Source: Octopus vulgaris (Eukaryota). From it: DNA of 64,000 bases. Location of the stretch: positions 12,710,001 to 12,774,000 of the forward strand of contig OX597830.1 in NCBI GenBank assembly GCA_951406725.2, in the 5' to 3' direction. Position 1 is the stretch's first letter. The number at the start of each line of letters is the position of its first letter. Under the pieces are notes generated by a model. It was given only the letters and a program-made list of their open reading frames with translations. It searched no databases and was not told the DNA's origin. Of the stretch, positions 40,335 to 53,801 are shown piece after piece. A program made the position numbers and the translations under genes.

Positions 40335-40884
40335 AGCATCTAATAAGGAGGACTGCTTCACCGACCTAGGCCGCCGACCATCCCAGTGGACGCCAGCTCC
40401 GGATCGGTTCCAAGCAGTCGATCTTTTTGCGGACGCCTGCCAGCACGCTGTGGACTGGTTTAACCTTACCAGGCGTCCCCGTCATTGAACATCTCTCCAG
40501 CCAAATTCTCGGCCATTCGATGTCTCCGACGCCGCCCTGACATCATCATAAAACCGGGCGACAAGGGTGGAGCCGTGGTGATGTGGTGCGCGGACCTCTA
40601 CAAGGCGGAAGATCTCCGCCAACCTTCTACTGCCCTCTGTCCTCCTATCTCACGCCCAGCTACCAACAGACTGTGTCCTCCACTATTCATGACCTCATCT
40701 CCTCCTCCCGTCTTCCCCCACTGCCTCCAAATTCATTGTCCGCGTCCCTCGCACCACCACAATTTACTTCCTCCCCCAAATCCACAAACCTAACAACCCT
40801 GGCCGCCCCATGGTCTCCGCCTGCAACTGCCCGACCGAACTCATCTCCAAATATCTTGGCCGTGTCCTTGCCCCCCTAGTACAA
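40335..40884 (+). mobile_element. Penelope-like retroelement RT N-terminal fragment (frameshifted)
   Basis: RRPDIIIKPGDKGGAVV and YFLPQIHKPNNPGRPMVSACNCPTELISKYL are diagnostic PLE RT motifs. Confidence 0.9.
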
Positions 40885-41049
40885 TAAATAGTAAATAGTA
40901 ATAAAAAGACTACGTGCGTTACTATTTATTGTACTTTATTGATTTTTAGAATAAGGTTTTTTTATAGTATATGTTTTCTATATGGTGTGAATAACATCTT
41001 TCTTTATTGAATTGTTTAATAGAGGCTTTTCTCTAAATTATACATACAT

Positions 41050-41128
<79 letters not shown>

Positions 41129-41154
41129 TATATATATTGGATGTATATATATAA

Positions 41155-41302
41155 TTCTTTCATTCTCCATCTACCAAATGCACTGACAAGTCTTTGATCG
41201 CCTCGTGGCTGTAGTAGAAGATACTTGCTCAAGGTACCACGCTGAGACTGAATCCCAAACTATGTAATCGTTAAGGAAACTTCTTACCACACAGCCTGCG
41301 CC
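41155..41302 (-). mobile_element. SINE family A 5' part, diverged
   Basis: ctaccaaatgcactgacaag...cttaccacacagcc. Confidence 0.65.
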
Positions 41303-42071
41303 ATATAATGAACTCTAATCCTTGAAGCTGGCTGAGCATATACGCCCTTAACACACGCATATTCCTGTCCCATTCGTTCCTCCTCCTGTCATCACTATTA
41401 TTGTGTGCAACACTCTGACTCCGCACTGATCATTACACCGAAGCCTTTTCCCCCAGAATGTGAGCCCTCTGGGGTTCCCCTCTCCTGTCCGTATCTTTCC
41501 CGCGGTATCTCCAAAGAATATCAGTCTCACTGACCGAGAAGAGTCTGCAAAGGCCGTTGGTAATGTCCCTTCTTCCAGGCTAGCAAGTGAAAATAAACTG
41601 ATAATTCTGCATTAAATAACAAAGAGCCGTGTAATCAAACTTTAAATTATTGTCAATAGGAAAAGCTGGAGAGGACTATGTCGTAAAATATGACGGTAGC
41701 TTCAATTTAAATTAAACGAAATAGCCAATAACATTGAAAACTACAATTATACCATATATCATCAGATTAGCTCATAATGGATTCGTGACAAGTATTATTG
41801 TTCTTAGATCAATGTTGTAAAGAAAGAGATGTAGGCGTTTAAATTAGCCACCATATATGGCTGGTTCTTATTTGATTTACACGATCAAACGGCGGAGTAT
41901 GTGGCAGGGTAATTTGTATTTTGAAAACAGTAAATACTTTTATAAATCTTCAGATGACATTACAAGATTATATGCTCCAAGCTTATATTCGGGTATCAGA
42001 CAGAAGTGGCAAAGTCATTATATATGTGATCTTTACACGTACTATGTGTACATGTGAATTTATATATGCAT

Positions 42072-42472
42072 ATACTCTTTACTCTTTTACTTGTTTCAGT
42101 CATTTGACTGCGGCCATGCTGGAGCACCGCCTTTAGTCGAGCAAATCGACCCCAGGGCTTATTCTTTGTAAGCCTAGTACTTATTCTATCGGTCTCTTTT
42201 GCCGAAAAGCTAAGTTACGGGGGCATGAACACACCAGCATCGGTTTTGGGGGGGACAAACACAGACACACAAAAACACACATAAATATACATATATATAC
42301 ATATACACGACAGGCTTCTTTCAGTTTCCGTCTACCAAATCCACTCACAAGGCTTTGGTCGGCTCGAGGCTATAGTAGAAAACACTTGCCCATCGTACCA
42401 CACAGTGGGACTGAACCCGGAACCATGTGGCTGGCAAGCAAACTACTTACCACACAGCCACTCCTGCGCCTA
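42072..42472 (-). mobile_element. SINE family A
   Basis: Full-length match. Confidence 0.9.
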
Positions 42473-42639
42473 TATTTTGCCATATTTGAATCTCATTTAT
42501 TCAATCGTATGTGTGTGTGTATTTTGCTTTTAGTTTTATTCAAGTTCTTGAAAGGTTTTAACCTGTCGCCAACAAAGCAACAAGACTTTTTGAGTTAAGA
42601 GGGTTTGCAGTGTTTGTAAATATGTCGTTGAGTCGGTGT

Positions 42640-44385
42640 GTTGATTGAGCTGTCGACACACATGCCCAAGTATGTGCATCTCTTTACCTAAAGAACTTCA
42701 GATGGAAAATCTTTGGAATGTCTTACAAATTTTTATGGCGCCATTAATAGATTGGATTTGGAGAATCCGTATCAATTTCTTTTACTCTTTCTTCGAAAAC
42801 ACTAGTATCTGTAGGTTTTTGTGTAAGTCTGTTGGTACATAGCCTAATGCACCTATGCTGATAGGTACAGATGAGAATTTATTGCCAGGGTACAACAGCT
42901 GTAAGTTCCACATTAGTTCAACATAAATATTCTTTTTTCCCTGGATTTTTGCTTCCACTGATGTATGTGATATCTTCCACGCTGGTATAGCAGAGCCAAC
43001 GTTTTCTATCACAATTTCGTATCTTTGTCCCTCTTGTTTATCAGGTATTTAGAAGTTATCAGTTTATCAGGTATTTAGAAGCTATCTCCTGCTCCCGAAC
43101 AGCGAAGGCATAACTTGCCAATACTGTTTTTATTCTCTATATCAGTGCTTTTCAACCTTTTTGCTGGAGCGGGACCCCAAGGAAACATTCCACTGGCTCG
43201 AGGAACCCCTCTGCAATAATTTAATAGTCTTATGCACACATATCTGCACAGGAGAATTAAAAATTACTGCCGATTTTTGCAGTTTTGTAACTTCTTGCGG
43301 AACCCCTGGACTGTACTGGCGGAACCCTGGTTGAAAACCACTGCTCTATATGTATATACCCATGCATTGCTTTTTGCCAATATGGTGCCGGCTTCCCTTC
43401 CAAGCTTCTGTTTAGGAAGGCCAGTATAGCTCTCTTTGAGTCGCATGAGACAGTTGTATTCTCAGGCTACCTGCTTAGTAGTTCTCTCACTTTTGAGTAT
43501 GCATAGAATGTACTTATTTCATTTTTTACTGTTCAGCAGGTGTTGTCTGAGTGATACAATGGAACACTCAAAGGCCGTTTGAACTGACCTTACGCCTCAA
43601 CCACGATCACTTCGTCTCAAATAAATCACATCGGTATCGCTTTTAATGTGGAAGTTACCAGTAATGGTCAGTTTCTAATTTCGATGTCCAGGTTCCAGAT
43701 CTCGTCAAGTGCTCAGTCCAATTCTCCAAATGTTGGTACTAGCCCTTGCACTGCAAAAGCATTGTGAGATATGGTTCTATTAAATGCGGATAGCTCTGAG
43801 TTCCATATTTTCCAGAGTCTACAGAAATATTCTTTTGTTATTCTAACTTAAGTCACAGCACCAACGCATGCAACATTCTCATTGATTCCCAGATATTTAT
43901 TGCATTCAATGTTAGAGATAGACAAGCCATTGATGTACATGTTCTCTGTTTTCTGCCTGGTCATCAATCTTTTTTCCCAGTTGACTATCATGTATGAACA
44001 TTTATCTTGCTCAAACTCCATTCCTATGTCTCGTGACAATGCTCTAAGCGTTGATCATGTTACCAGAATATAACTTTAGGTTATCGACAAAAGATGTGTG
44101 GGTGACATTAATTTTGTCCTTTTTTGCATACATCAGCATGTGGCCTTGATATTTTGTTAACAGGGCTGACAAGGAGTTCACTGCCAATACAAATAGATTT
44201 ACAGATAAACTATCATTCTGGAATATGCCTGTTGGCAGCTTGTGTTTGTAATAGTCGATGTTGCTTTAGTACTTGTCAGTAATAACTGTGTGAACCATGT
44301 TGTCGTCAGTCTTTCAATGGCATTCACCATAGCCGCTGGTACTTTGGCAAGGTGTAATGATTCTATCACCCTTCTTGCTATCTAG
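42640..44385 (-). mobile_element. Decayed R4-clade LINE (RT to RLE)
   Basis: LHLAKVP...SFVDNLK...SRDIGMEFEQDKCSYM...KYLGINEN...WKIWNSELSAFN...VPISIGALGYVP. Confidence 0.85.
43143..43343. mobile_element. hAT (Charlie-like) MITE nested in LINE
   Basis: TIR cagtgcttttcaacc / ggttgaaaaccactg; perfect 8-bp TSD ctctatat. Confidence 0.92.
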
Positions 44386-44424
44386 CCATAAGAGATTACG
44401 GCGATGTTGTTTAGCTTGTATGTA

Positions 44425-44541
44425 TCTCATTATTCAGTTTTATTCCAAGATTTCTTGCCAATAGCAAAAGAACCGGTTGGTTCTAAATCCAAGGCTCCTT
44501 CATTGGAATTTCAACATCAACACGATATTTTTGTTTGTATG

Positions 44542-44572
<31 letters not shown>

Positions 44573-47040
44573 TGTATGTATGTATATGTGCAGATTTGCA
44601 TGTTTTTTTATGTATGTATTCTCATGCATATACATGCATGTCTAGATATGCTCATATATATTTAAATGATAAACTTCTGGAAAGTTTTAGAGATTTTACA
44701 GTTCCATTAATGCTTGAATCTGTAGTTTTCGAATCAGTTTTCTCCTTTCTGGTTTTTAGAAGCCTCATTTCTCAAGATTGGTATTTAGGCAGTGTGTTAA
44801 TGTACCAGTGCCCCAATAATTACAGGTATAAAACCCGAACTTGTAACCTGGATAGAGTAGCTCTAGATTTGTAATTAGTGCAGCGTAGGTATTTTCCTTT
44901 CTCTGGTATTTTAGCTTTAAACACACAATTTCCCTTCTCTGTCTCAAATCCCTGTCAGGCATGTTATACATTATTTACATTAGACGGATATTTGTCCTCG
45001 TCTGTTATGATTACATTTTATTGAGGTTTTCACTGTGACATTCCACTACTGCTCGTTTTTATCATGAGTGGCTCTGATTTCCACCATACTGTGGATTCTT
45101 ATTTCTTTGGCCTCTGGCCTCAGGGTTATCCTACCGATGGATCTCATTATACCGTGTCCTAGCTACAACATCATATCTCTTCGGTAAATAAGTACCGTGA
45201 TAACATTTTCGGACAATTGCTTATGATGCGGGCGATGTCTTCGGTATTAATTCCTCACGATGTGGGTGAGATCTTCGGTGTTAACACCTGCATTTCTGTT
45301 CCTTTTGGGCATCAGACATTTGGTTGATATGTTCCTGTTCCTGGAGTAGTATTCCAGTTGTTGGTCCATGATACATTGCTTTGGTGATCAATGTTATCAT
45401 CACCTCGGAGCTTTCTCCTGACGTATCCATGCATGGTCTTCTTATGATGATACAATACGGTAGGGTCGTGCAGCTTCTTTGGGCATGTATTTAAGGTTAT
45501 CAGACAAGGAATGCTGCTCAAGGAGCTGCTTTCCAAGTCTTATGATGTCACCAGCTTCATGTATGTAAACTTGGTCAAGGGATGCACTTCGACACTCGAT
45601 GGTTAAAACACGTTGCCGAAGAGATATGATACGACATTCAAAGGCAGTCTGTCGATGTTAAGCCTCTGTCGTTGGTGTGGAAATTATGTGTGCAGGTTAG
45701 TATCTTCTGGGTTTTCACATCAATGGCTGTCCCCTTGGAATATGCCTCTGCGATACTGTATTTTATCAGTGATAATACAATCACTCTTTGTATTTAATTT
45801 CAAGATGGTGTCCATGATGAAGTCAGGTCAGTTATGGCTTTGACTATGCTCACTGGAACTTTAGCAAATCGAAGGATTTCTAGTATCTGTGAGTGGGGAC
45901 AGAGTCAAAGGTTTTCTAGTAGTCCAGTCACATTGAAACTAGGTTCCTCCTATGCTCCAGTACCTCTGACATTACAGTTTTGTTTATTAACAATCGCTCA
46001 GCACATTCCCAGACTCTTTTCTTCCTAGTTGTTTGTGATGCAGTAATGATGTTATTACTTTCACGATGGTCCTGGAGGAAGGGGTTTAAACATGCTGTAT
46101 ATATTTTATACATTAAGTTCTGACATGCAATTGGCCGGTAGTTTTTTGCCATGTGGGATGGGGGATCAGTTTTCCCTCTGCCACAATTGACCAGTATTGT
46201 ATGCTATTGTTCCCGTTCAGAGTTCGCTGATACAGGTTGATGATGTATGGTCGGGAGGTTAGCTTCTTGTACCAGTATCCAACAATCAAGTCTCTTCCAG
46301 GTGCTTTTTCTATCCTGAATCTCCTGGATTACAGGTATAAGAGTATCAGCATCAATGCTGTATGCCTTGTGTTTAATGCAGGGACAATAACTTCGAATTT
46401 CTTCCAGCCACAGAGCATCAGCATTACACTCCATCTCCTCGCTCCAAATTTCCCTCCAAAAGCAGTCAACGTCTTCTCATGAAGGAGCTTCTGTGATGTT
46501 CACTTTTTCTCTCATGTTTCTGTAGACTGTTGCCTGGTTCCTATTAAATTTTTTGTCTATTGATTTTCTCCCGGTTACTTTCTTCTGATGTCGGAGTTTC
46601 TTACTGACAGCTTTTAGCCCCTACTTGAGGGTGATCTGTTTCCAAGCGGGTGTCCTCTTTTCGTTACCTCCAAATATCACTTCTATCTCCTTCACTTTTT
46701 ATCGGTGACACATATTAATCCTTTTCTTGTCTGCAAGCAATAAGCATCATCATATAGCTGATGGTCTTCCGTAAATCAGCTGCCTTTTTCCATGTCTTCA
46801 AAACCAATGATGGCACTTTCTTCGTTGTTTCGCTTTTGTTTATTTTTGAATATCGTTTATATATTGCTTGGTAATAGTGTACAAGGCATATTAGACAGGC
46901 GTTAATCTGCCAGAATGAAAGTCCATCACATTGTTCTAGATAGTCCTCTCCAATTGCATTAACAGCTTTTAATGCTGTCTGGTGGTCTTTTGCTTACATT
47001 GGTAGAGAATACTCTCTCTTCGAGAGAATACTTCAAAGCT
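44425..47040 (-). mobile_element. Decayed R4-clade LINE, same family as 27040-28305, next to (TATG)n
   Basis: NYRPIACQNLMYKIYT...ERLLINK...FDSVPH...RGIFQGDS; 3' UTR with internal (TACA)n homologous to 28020-28300. Confidence 0.88.
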
Positions 47041-48279
47041 TATGTATGTATGTATGTACGTATGTATGTATGTACGTATGTACGTATGTACGCATGTATG
47101 TATGTATGTATATATGTATGTATGTATGTACGTAAGTATGTATGTATGTATGTATGTATGTATGTATGTATGTATGTATGTATGTATGTATGTATGTATG
47201 TATGTATGTATGTATGTTAGTCCGTGCATATGCTCTATATGCATCGAAGAGAGACTGTTTGGAAACATCTATTATGAGAATTTGTGATGTCCATACCTTT
47301 CTCATTAGAGAAATATGTTAGAGAAATTTCTACAATCAAAATGGAAACTTAATTGCTGACTTCACTCACTAGAAATTTATTTCTACATGACATCATTAAC
47401 CTCCACATTTATGTGTATAGTTTTCTTAAGCAAAATATCTTTTAATGAGGGAAGAAAATAGGTTAGAGGTCCATGTCTTTCTGAAGAGAATTAGCATTGT
47501 ATTTTAACCACGTTGACTCTAGGCTCGAAGAGAAACTAATTAAAGACTCGGCTCACCAAGACACTTCCATCTTGTACAATAGCACGAGACACAGTTAGCT
47601 TCAATAAATTAAACCATTTAGGTGGAAACCATTTGTTTCTCTTCGTTATTAATTTATAGTTATTGGTCCTGAAACTATAATTGATACATTAACAACATGT
47701 CAGTTATCAGCCTGGAGTCATCTATCACATAATGGATGAATAATTCTGAGAATATTAGAAATCAAAAAGAAGCTTCATTGGTGTATTTAAATATCCAATA
47801 TTCGAGAAGAATTTAAAATTACCAGAAATTCGAAAATTAGAAATGAAAATAGAATTGTATATGAGAGAACTAAAATAGAAAACATTGATTACGATAAATA
47901 TGTAATGTAAGCGTGTGATATTTAACAACTGCAAGTAGAATAGATAAAAAAAAGATGGAAAAGTAGAAATAAAACACACGTCCCTCTTCATACTAGTGAA
48001 ATAAGATTTGACGGCAGATGATTCGATAAAGTTATTTTAGGCTCATTGTGACATCCTTCGGTCATGAATGACCATGGGATTGCACTTAGAAAGTTACCCT
48101 CCGAGGCACATGTCTGGGCAAGGTTGTTTTATAGAAGGCCAGCAGTTGCCCATGTATGCCAACCTCCCTTCTCCAAACCACTGATGTATTCCAAGGGAAA
48201 GGCAAAGGCCGATATAGCTTGGTACCAATGATGTCGCAACTCATTTCTACAGCTGAGTTTAATAATAATAATAATGATA

Positions 48280-48335
<56 letters not shown>

Positions 48336-48387
48336 CATTATTATCATTATCGTCATCGCCGTCGTCGTCGTTGTTGTTGTTGTTGTT

Positions 48388-48507
48388 TAGGCGGCGAGCT
48401 GGCAGAATCGTTAGTCGATAAATTAAGTACCAGTGAAACACTGGGGGTCGATGTAATCGACATGTCTCCATCCCCAAAATTCAGGCCTTGTGCCTACAAT
48501 AGAAAGG
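48388..48507 (+). mobile_element. SINE family B, internally deleted
   Basis: ggcggcgagctggcagaatcgttag joined to gtcgataaattaagtaccag. Confidence 0.75.
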
Positions 48508-48522
48508 ATTATTATTATCATT

Positions 48523-48577
<55 letters not shown>

Positions 48578-49336
48578 GCAGCAGCAGCAGCAGCAGCAGT
48601 AGTAGTGGTGGTGGTGGTGGTGATTGCTATTTTTTTTCCTGTAATTCTCAAATCTTGAAAAAAAAAAAGAATGTAGATCTCATTATAATTTTTTTCATGC
48701 TGTTATCCCAGACTTCACCATGTTTTTCATACTGAAGGCATCCGTAGAAACTTTTTCAATGTCATTATACTAAGTATATTAGTCAGTTAATATTGTTCAC
48801 AAAAATACGCCCTGTTAGTTGTTATTTGAGTAAATCTACTAAGACTGAAACATGTCCAGGATGGTCGCTGTACATAGCAAATATTAGACGAACTAAGTGC
48901 CCACAGAACGTCTTCATTTAATTTTCACTCAACTTAAATTTCGGAATTTCTCCTCTATCTTCTTTGATAATCACTGACAACGCTAATGACCGCTTCTCAT
49001 TGACGGTTTGATTTCAATTAGTTAAAAATTATGTTTAGTTTGGTTCGCTAACCACGTTAATTCACACTAAACAGAATGTATAGTTGATAGTTCTAGCTTG
49101 GAAATTTGGTCAATAATTGCCTGAAAGTCAAATCATCACCTCTCGTAAGACTATTCTGAGAGGATGGTTTCATTTCAGATTAGATTACGCATCCTAATAT
49201 GTAGTTTTCCTCCTCCCCAATATCATCTTAACAAAACTTAATACATACTCTCAAAGTATCGGCTGAAGCTAGAGAACAAGCATTACAATCTTATGAATAT
49301 TTCTTCTCAATTCTTTATAAAACTGTTAAATATTAA

Positions 49337-49521
49337 ATCTGTTTGCAAGCGGGTGTCCTCTTTTCGTTATCTCCAAATATCACTTCTATCTCCTTCACTT
49401 TTTGTCGGTGAGACGTATTAATCCTTTTCTTGTCTGCAAGCAATAAGCATCATCATATAGCTGATGGTCTTCCGTAAATCAGCTGCCTTTTTCCATGTCT
49501 TCAAAACCCATGATGGCACTT
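49337..49521. repeat. ~185-bp near-identical copy of 46634-46818 (LINE interior)
   Basis: Direct comparison; flanked by a 14-bp direct repeat gttaaatattaaat. Confidence 0.9.
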
Positions 49522-50099
49522 CAAAACCCATTTCGTTAAATATTAAATTTAATATTGAAATATTAAATTCTATTTAATATTTCCAAAAGTCACTGTGTTT
49601 TATATTTAATGCTATTTTATGTAATGCAAACATACCTTATCTAATAAGCAACATCGTGAAAATACCGGAGGAAAACATGTATCAGTAACATAGTCAAAAA
49701 TGTTAGCGGAATGTAATTAATAAATATCTCATTTATATAAAAGTGACAACTCTATGTCGAAGATTTTGTCAAAAAAATTTGACTTCACATGCTTAAAAAA
49801 TATAAGACGATCATTACATTGGTATGCAAAATTCACAGGAATAGGCGGCAAAATAATGACAGAAGAAAATTAACGAAGAGACAGTATTCGCATAAAAATA
49901 ACCGCGGAGGAGGATTGATAAGACCAAAATATGTCTGGAATTATCACCCACACTTGCTAATTTCAGATGAAAATATCAATTATTGAGCTAATTTTTTCTT
50001 CTCATTGCATTAATGATTTGATTAGATTTTTCCCGCATTATATTAAGTATGATTTCAATATCTTGATCGCTATTTTTCAGGATGCAGGTGTTTCATGCA

Positions 50100-50600
50100 T
50101 AGAAGCCACTGCGCAGAGGGTACTGGTAGCAGACTGACTACCTGATCATTGAAAGGCGTCCCTTCCACAAGAAAATAAGTGACGCTCCAGCCTGAACAAG
50201 CAGTAGCCGAAGCATGGCTCGACAGTCAGATGATAAATGATGACGGAGGTGGTGTAGGAATCCGTCACCTCACCCAGTTCTTATCCACCTAGAAGTCGGG
50301 TCTGAAACAGATCCCGAGCTGCTTAACTGGTCTGTCAGTCCAACGTCCAGCGACGTCAACTGACATCATCAACCTATCTCTCCAGGGGCCCAACAGCAAG
50401 CTCAGCGTTGATTTTGGCCCCTGCATCTGACTCATATTCTTTTAGAATGGTGTCGACTGTCTCCACTTCGGAAGCGTCCGACACCATGACGGTGACGTCG
50501 TCCGAGTACGCCGATACCACCCTCCTGTGTCCCAGTTCCAACTTCCGCATCTGTGATTCGAGGGCCAGTACGTACAGAAGAGTCGACAGCGGACCAAGCG
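50100..50600 (-). mobile_element. Tx1/L1-clade LINE RT fragment
   Basis: Manual translation GPLSTLLYVLALE...VSAYSDDVTVMVSD...LKEYESDAGAKIN...GRWTDRPVKQLGICF. Confidence 0.85.
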
Positions 50601-50719
50601 TGTGATGCGAAACGAATCCGATAAAGCAATTTCAATACAGAGAAAATAACAACACCAAAACAAACCACAGCACATACCCAAGGCGCACTGAGCTGCGCTC
50701 GGTAGAGCATTGAAATCAC

Positions 50720-51300
50720 GTTACCGAAATAAAACTACTGAACAACAACAAACGGTGCCCTTCACCTTATGGTGAACGTACAAAGGCTGTACATGAAGAG
50801 GTGTAAAGATGGACGTGGCCTGATTAGCGTATGGGAGTGCACCGACAGTTAAAGAATAAACAGCAGAGTATTTGATAAACAGCGAACAAGACCTGCTCAA
50901 GTATGCTGCTAATGCAGAAGAATTTACTAACAATGGACTTGAGAGTGCTAATGAATTCCGATCACGAATAGCCAACGAGAGAGAAGAAACTCTACTCCGC
51001 ATGGAATTATATGGTTAGTTCCCCTGGGAAACTAACGACTGGGAAGCAAAGATAACCTTAAGAAGAAGACTGAAAGCCTAATCATCGCTGTCCAGGACCA
51101 GTATTGAATACTATCTCAGTGAAAATGGATATATATACCACACAAACGCAAAGGACATTTGCAGAATGTGTAGGAGGAAGATCGAGAGTATTACACACAA
51201 TGTTAGTACTTGTGAAAGTCTTACGCAGAAAGACTACGAGTGCAGACACGACAAGGTAGCCCTAAACCTTCACTGGCTACTGTGCCAGAAGTATGGATAT
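50720..51300 (+). mobile_element. R4/Dong-type LINE fragment
   Basis: VQRLYMKRCKDGRGLISV...ESLIIAVQDQ...CRMCRRKIESITHNVSTC..L...YECRHDKVA. Confidence 0.85.
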
Positions 51301-51474
51301 GTCTCGCACATATGGTTGTGATGCATGTGCCTAGTGTACCCTTATCAGACGAGTAGTCATGATGGGTATACTGGGCTTCGTATATTTTACCCCAGTGTCA
51401 CTTTGATGACATGCACTGCTCTCTCACTCAATAATAATAATAATAATTATTATTATTATTACTATTATTATTAT

Positions 51475-51527
<53 letters not shown>

Positions 51528-51528
51528 A

Positions 51529-51621
<93 letters not shown>

Positions 51622-51623
<2 letters not shown>

Positions 51624-52152
51624 TTGAGTGAGAGAGCAGTGCATGCCATCAAAGTGACACTGGGGCGAAGCCCAATATACCCATCATGACTACCCGTCTG
51701 ATAAAGGTACACCAGGCACATGCATCACAACCATATGTGCGCGACATGGTGATCTCATATCAAGATAAACAGCACATGACCTTGTAGGTGGGGCCCAGTT
51801 AGACTTTTTTCTTCTGGTCGAGTAACCCATCCTGCTCAAAAGGGTTGTTTAAGGATGTTGAACGAAACACCCATGTTTCCAGAGGTGAATTATTCAAACC
51901 CCAAAGAATCCCTCTCAACACATGGCTATAATGCTCCCCCACTACCTCTGCTCATTATCAGAGATGCACATATCATCAGCCACTAAGGGGCATGCTCATC
52001 TGGTTAAGGTCAAACAACTGACAAGCAAATCTGTGGTATTGAGCAGAATATTTGCTGTAGACCATCTTTTATACCAAGACAAAACAATGTACATGATAAC
52101 ACTTCCAATCAGTTAAGATCAGAAGCCATGAGAACCACTGCCTGGTACTGCA
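51622..52152 (-). mobile_element. Non-coding interspersed repeat ending at a TAA/TAG microsatellite; its end is duplicated inverted at 51305-51433
   Basis: Reverse-complement identity 51305-51433 / 51622-51741. Confidence 0.65.
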
Positions 52153-52174
52153 TATTATTATTGTTATTATTATA

Positions 52175-53017
52175 AAGGGTTTTATAAGTATCTTGGTGGT
52201 ATACTAAGGGAAAGGCATTCAACACGGATTAATGAAAGAGAAGATCAGGAATGAGTATTATAGATGTGTGAGAATAGTCCTGAATACTGAGCTGAATCCC
52301 CCCCCCCCCCAGTATAGAATTGCCACTATAAACTCCCTGGGGGTACCAGTTGTCCACTATAGCCTTAATGTCATCAACTGAAATCTGAGTGAGATCCGAC
52401 GTATGATCATAAAGACCAGGAAACTGCTGACACTAAACAGGATGCATCATCCAAAAATCAGGCGTTCACAGGTCCTATCTCCCACGAAAGGAAGGCAGCG
52501 GAGGCTTAATACAGCTTGAAGTGTCCTATAAAACGACAGCGATAGACCTCCAAGTGTACATCCAAAGTAATACCGACTGGATGATACCTATTTCTTTACT
52601 ACCCACAAGGGGCTAAACACAGAGAGGACAAACAAGGACAGACAAAAGGATTAAGTCGATTATATCGACCCTAGTGCGTAACTGGTACTTAATTTATTGA
52701 CCCCCGAAAGGATTAAAGGCAAAGTCAACCTCGGCGGAATTTGAACTCAGAACGTAACGGCAGACGAAATACGGCTACGCATTTCGCCCGGCGTGCTAAC
52801 GTCTCTGCCAGGTCGCCGCCTTATACCGACTTGATGATACCGTTGATAAGGAAACATGAACAGAGTAAGAAACTCAATCCCAAAGGAGAATTATAAGTAC
52901 AGAGGAGAGCTTAACCTCCCTAATTAAGATGATGATAAGGAGGACACATCACACACTAAGGAAGCAAGAGAGTATAAAACAAAAGCCAAGCAAGAAGGCT
53001 TGTGGGTAATATCAAGA
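52175..53017 (+). mobile_element. R4/Dong-type LINE fragment interrupted by a SINE
   Basis: YKYLG...MKEKIRNEYYRCVRIVLNTELN...INSLGVPVVHYS...KTRKLLTLNRMHHPK...YLPRKEGSGGLIQLE. Confidence 0.85.
52585..52822 (-). mobile_element. SINE family B with TSD
   Basis: 19-bp TSD ataccgact(g/t)gatgatacc at 52570-52588 / 52823-52841. Confidence 0.9.
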
Positions 53018-53046
53018 TTGGTCGTTCATCGAGAAGCGATGCCTAC

Positions 53047-53092
53047 CACACGTTGATAATAGGCAATACACCTTGAAACCTAGGTCCGTGTG
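53047..53092 (+). ncRNA. Type-I hammerhead ribozyme, U3-A8 variant (copy 1)
   Basis: cacacg TTGATAA t-agg caataca cct-t GAAA cctagg TC cgtgtg. Confidence 0.8.
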
Positions 53093-53400
53093 TGGTATCC
53101 GCTTCTTGGTGAATGATCTCCCTTTGCAAGATAGAGGACGCCGTGATGGCGTCGGCCTATCTGGTGACGTTGATGTTCGCCTGGGGCTAAATGCAACAGT
53201 GACACCCCCACCACCCTGCCCTGTCCCTAGCCATATTCAGTTGGCTAATATCCCTTATATTATAGAGCAGTCACTGTCTATATCTCATTTAGAGAATTAT
53301 TATTGCTGTCGAACAGATTTTCGAAATCAGTAAATGTATTTACTGAAAATCCTTATATATATCTTGCACGGTTGGTCGTTCATCGAGAAGCGATGCCTAC

Positions 53401-53446
53401 CACACGTTGATAATAGGCAATACACCTTGAAACCTAGGTCCGTGTG
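53401..53446 (+). ncRNA. Type-I hammerhead ribozyme, U3-A8 variant (copy 2)
   Basis: Identical to copy 1. Confidence 0.8.
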
Positions 53447-53755
53447 TGGTATCCGCTTCTTGGTGAATGATCTCCCTTTGCAAGATAGAGGACGCCGTGA
53501 TGGCGTCGGCCTATCTGGTGACGTTGATGTTCGCCTGGGGCTAAATGCAACAGTGACACCCCCACCACCCTGCCCTGTCCCTAGCCATATTCAGTTGGCT
53601 AATATCCCTTATATTATAGAGCAGTCACTGTCTATATCTCATTTAGAGAATTATTATTGCTGTCGAACAGATTTTCGAAATCAGTAAATGTATTTACTTG
53701 AAAATCCTTATATATATCTTGCACGGTTGGTCGTTCATCGAGAAGCGATGCCTAC

Positions 53756-53801
53756 CACACGTTGATAATAGGCAATACACCTTGAAACCTAGGTCCGTGT
53801 G
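53756..53801 (+). ncRNA. Type-I hammerhead ribozyme, U3-A8 variant (copy 3)
   Basis: Identical to copy 1. Confidence 0.8.

Noticed and set aside
41350-41590. Possible Tx1-like LINE 3' remnant
   Set aside because: Only a vague LIFF...KIR similarity; too weak to annotate
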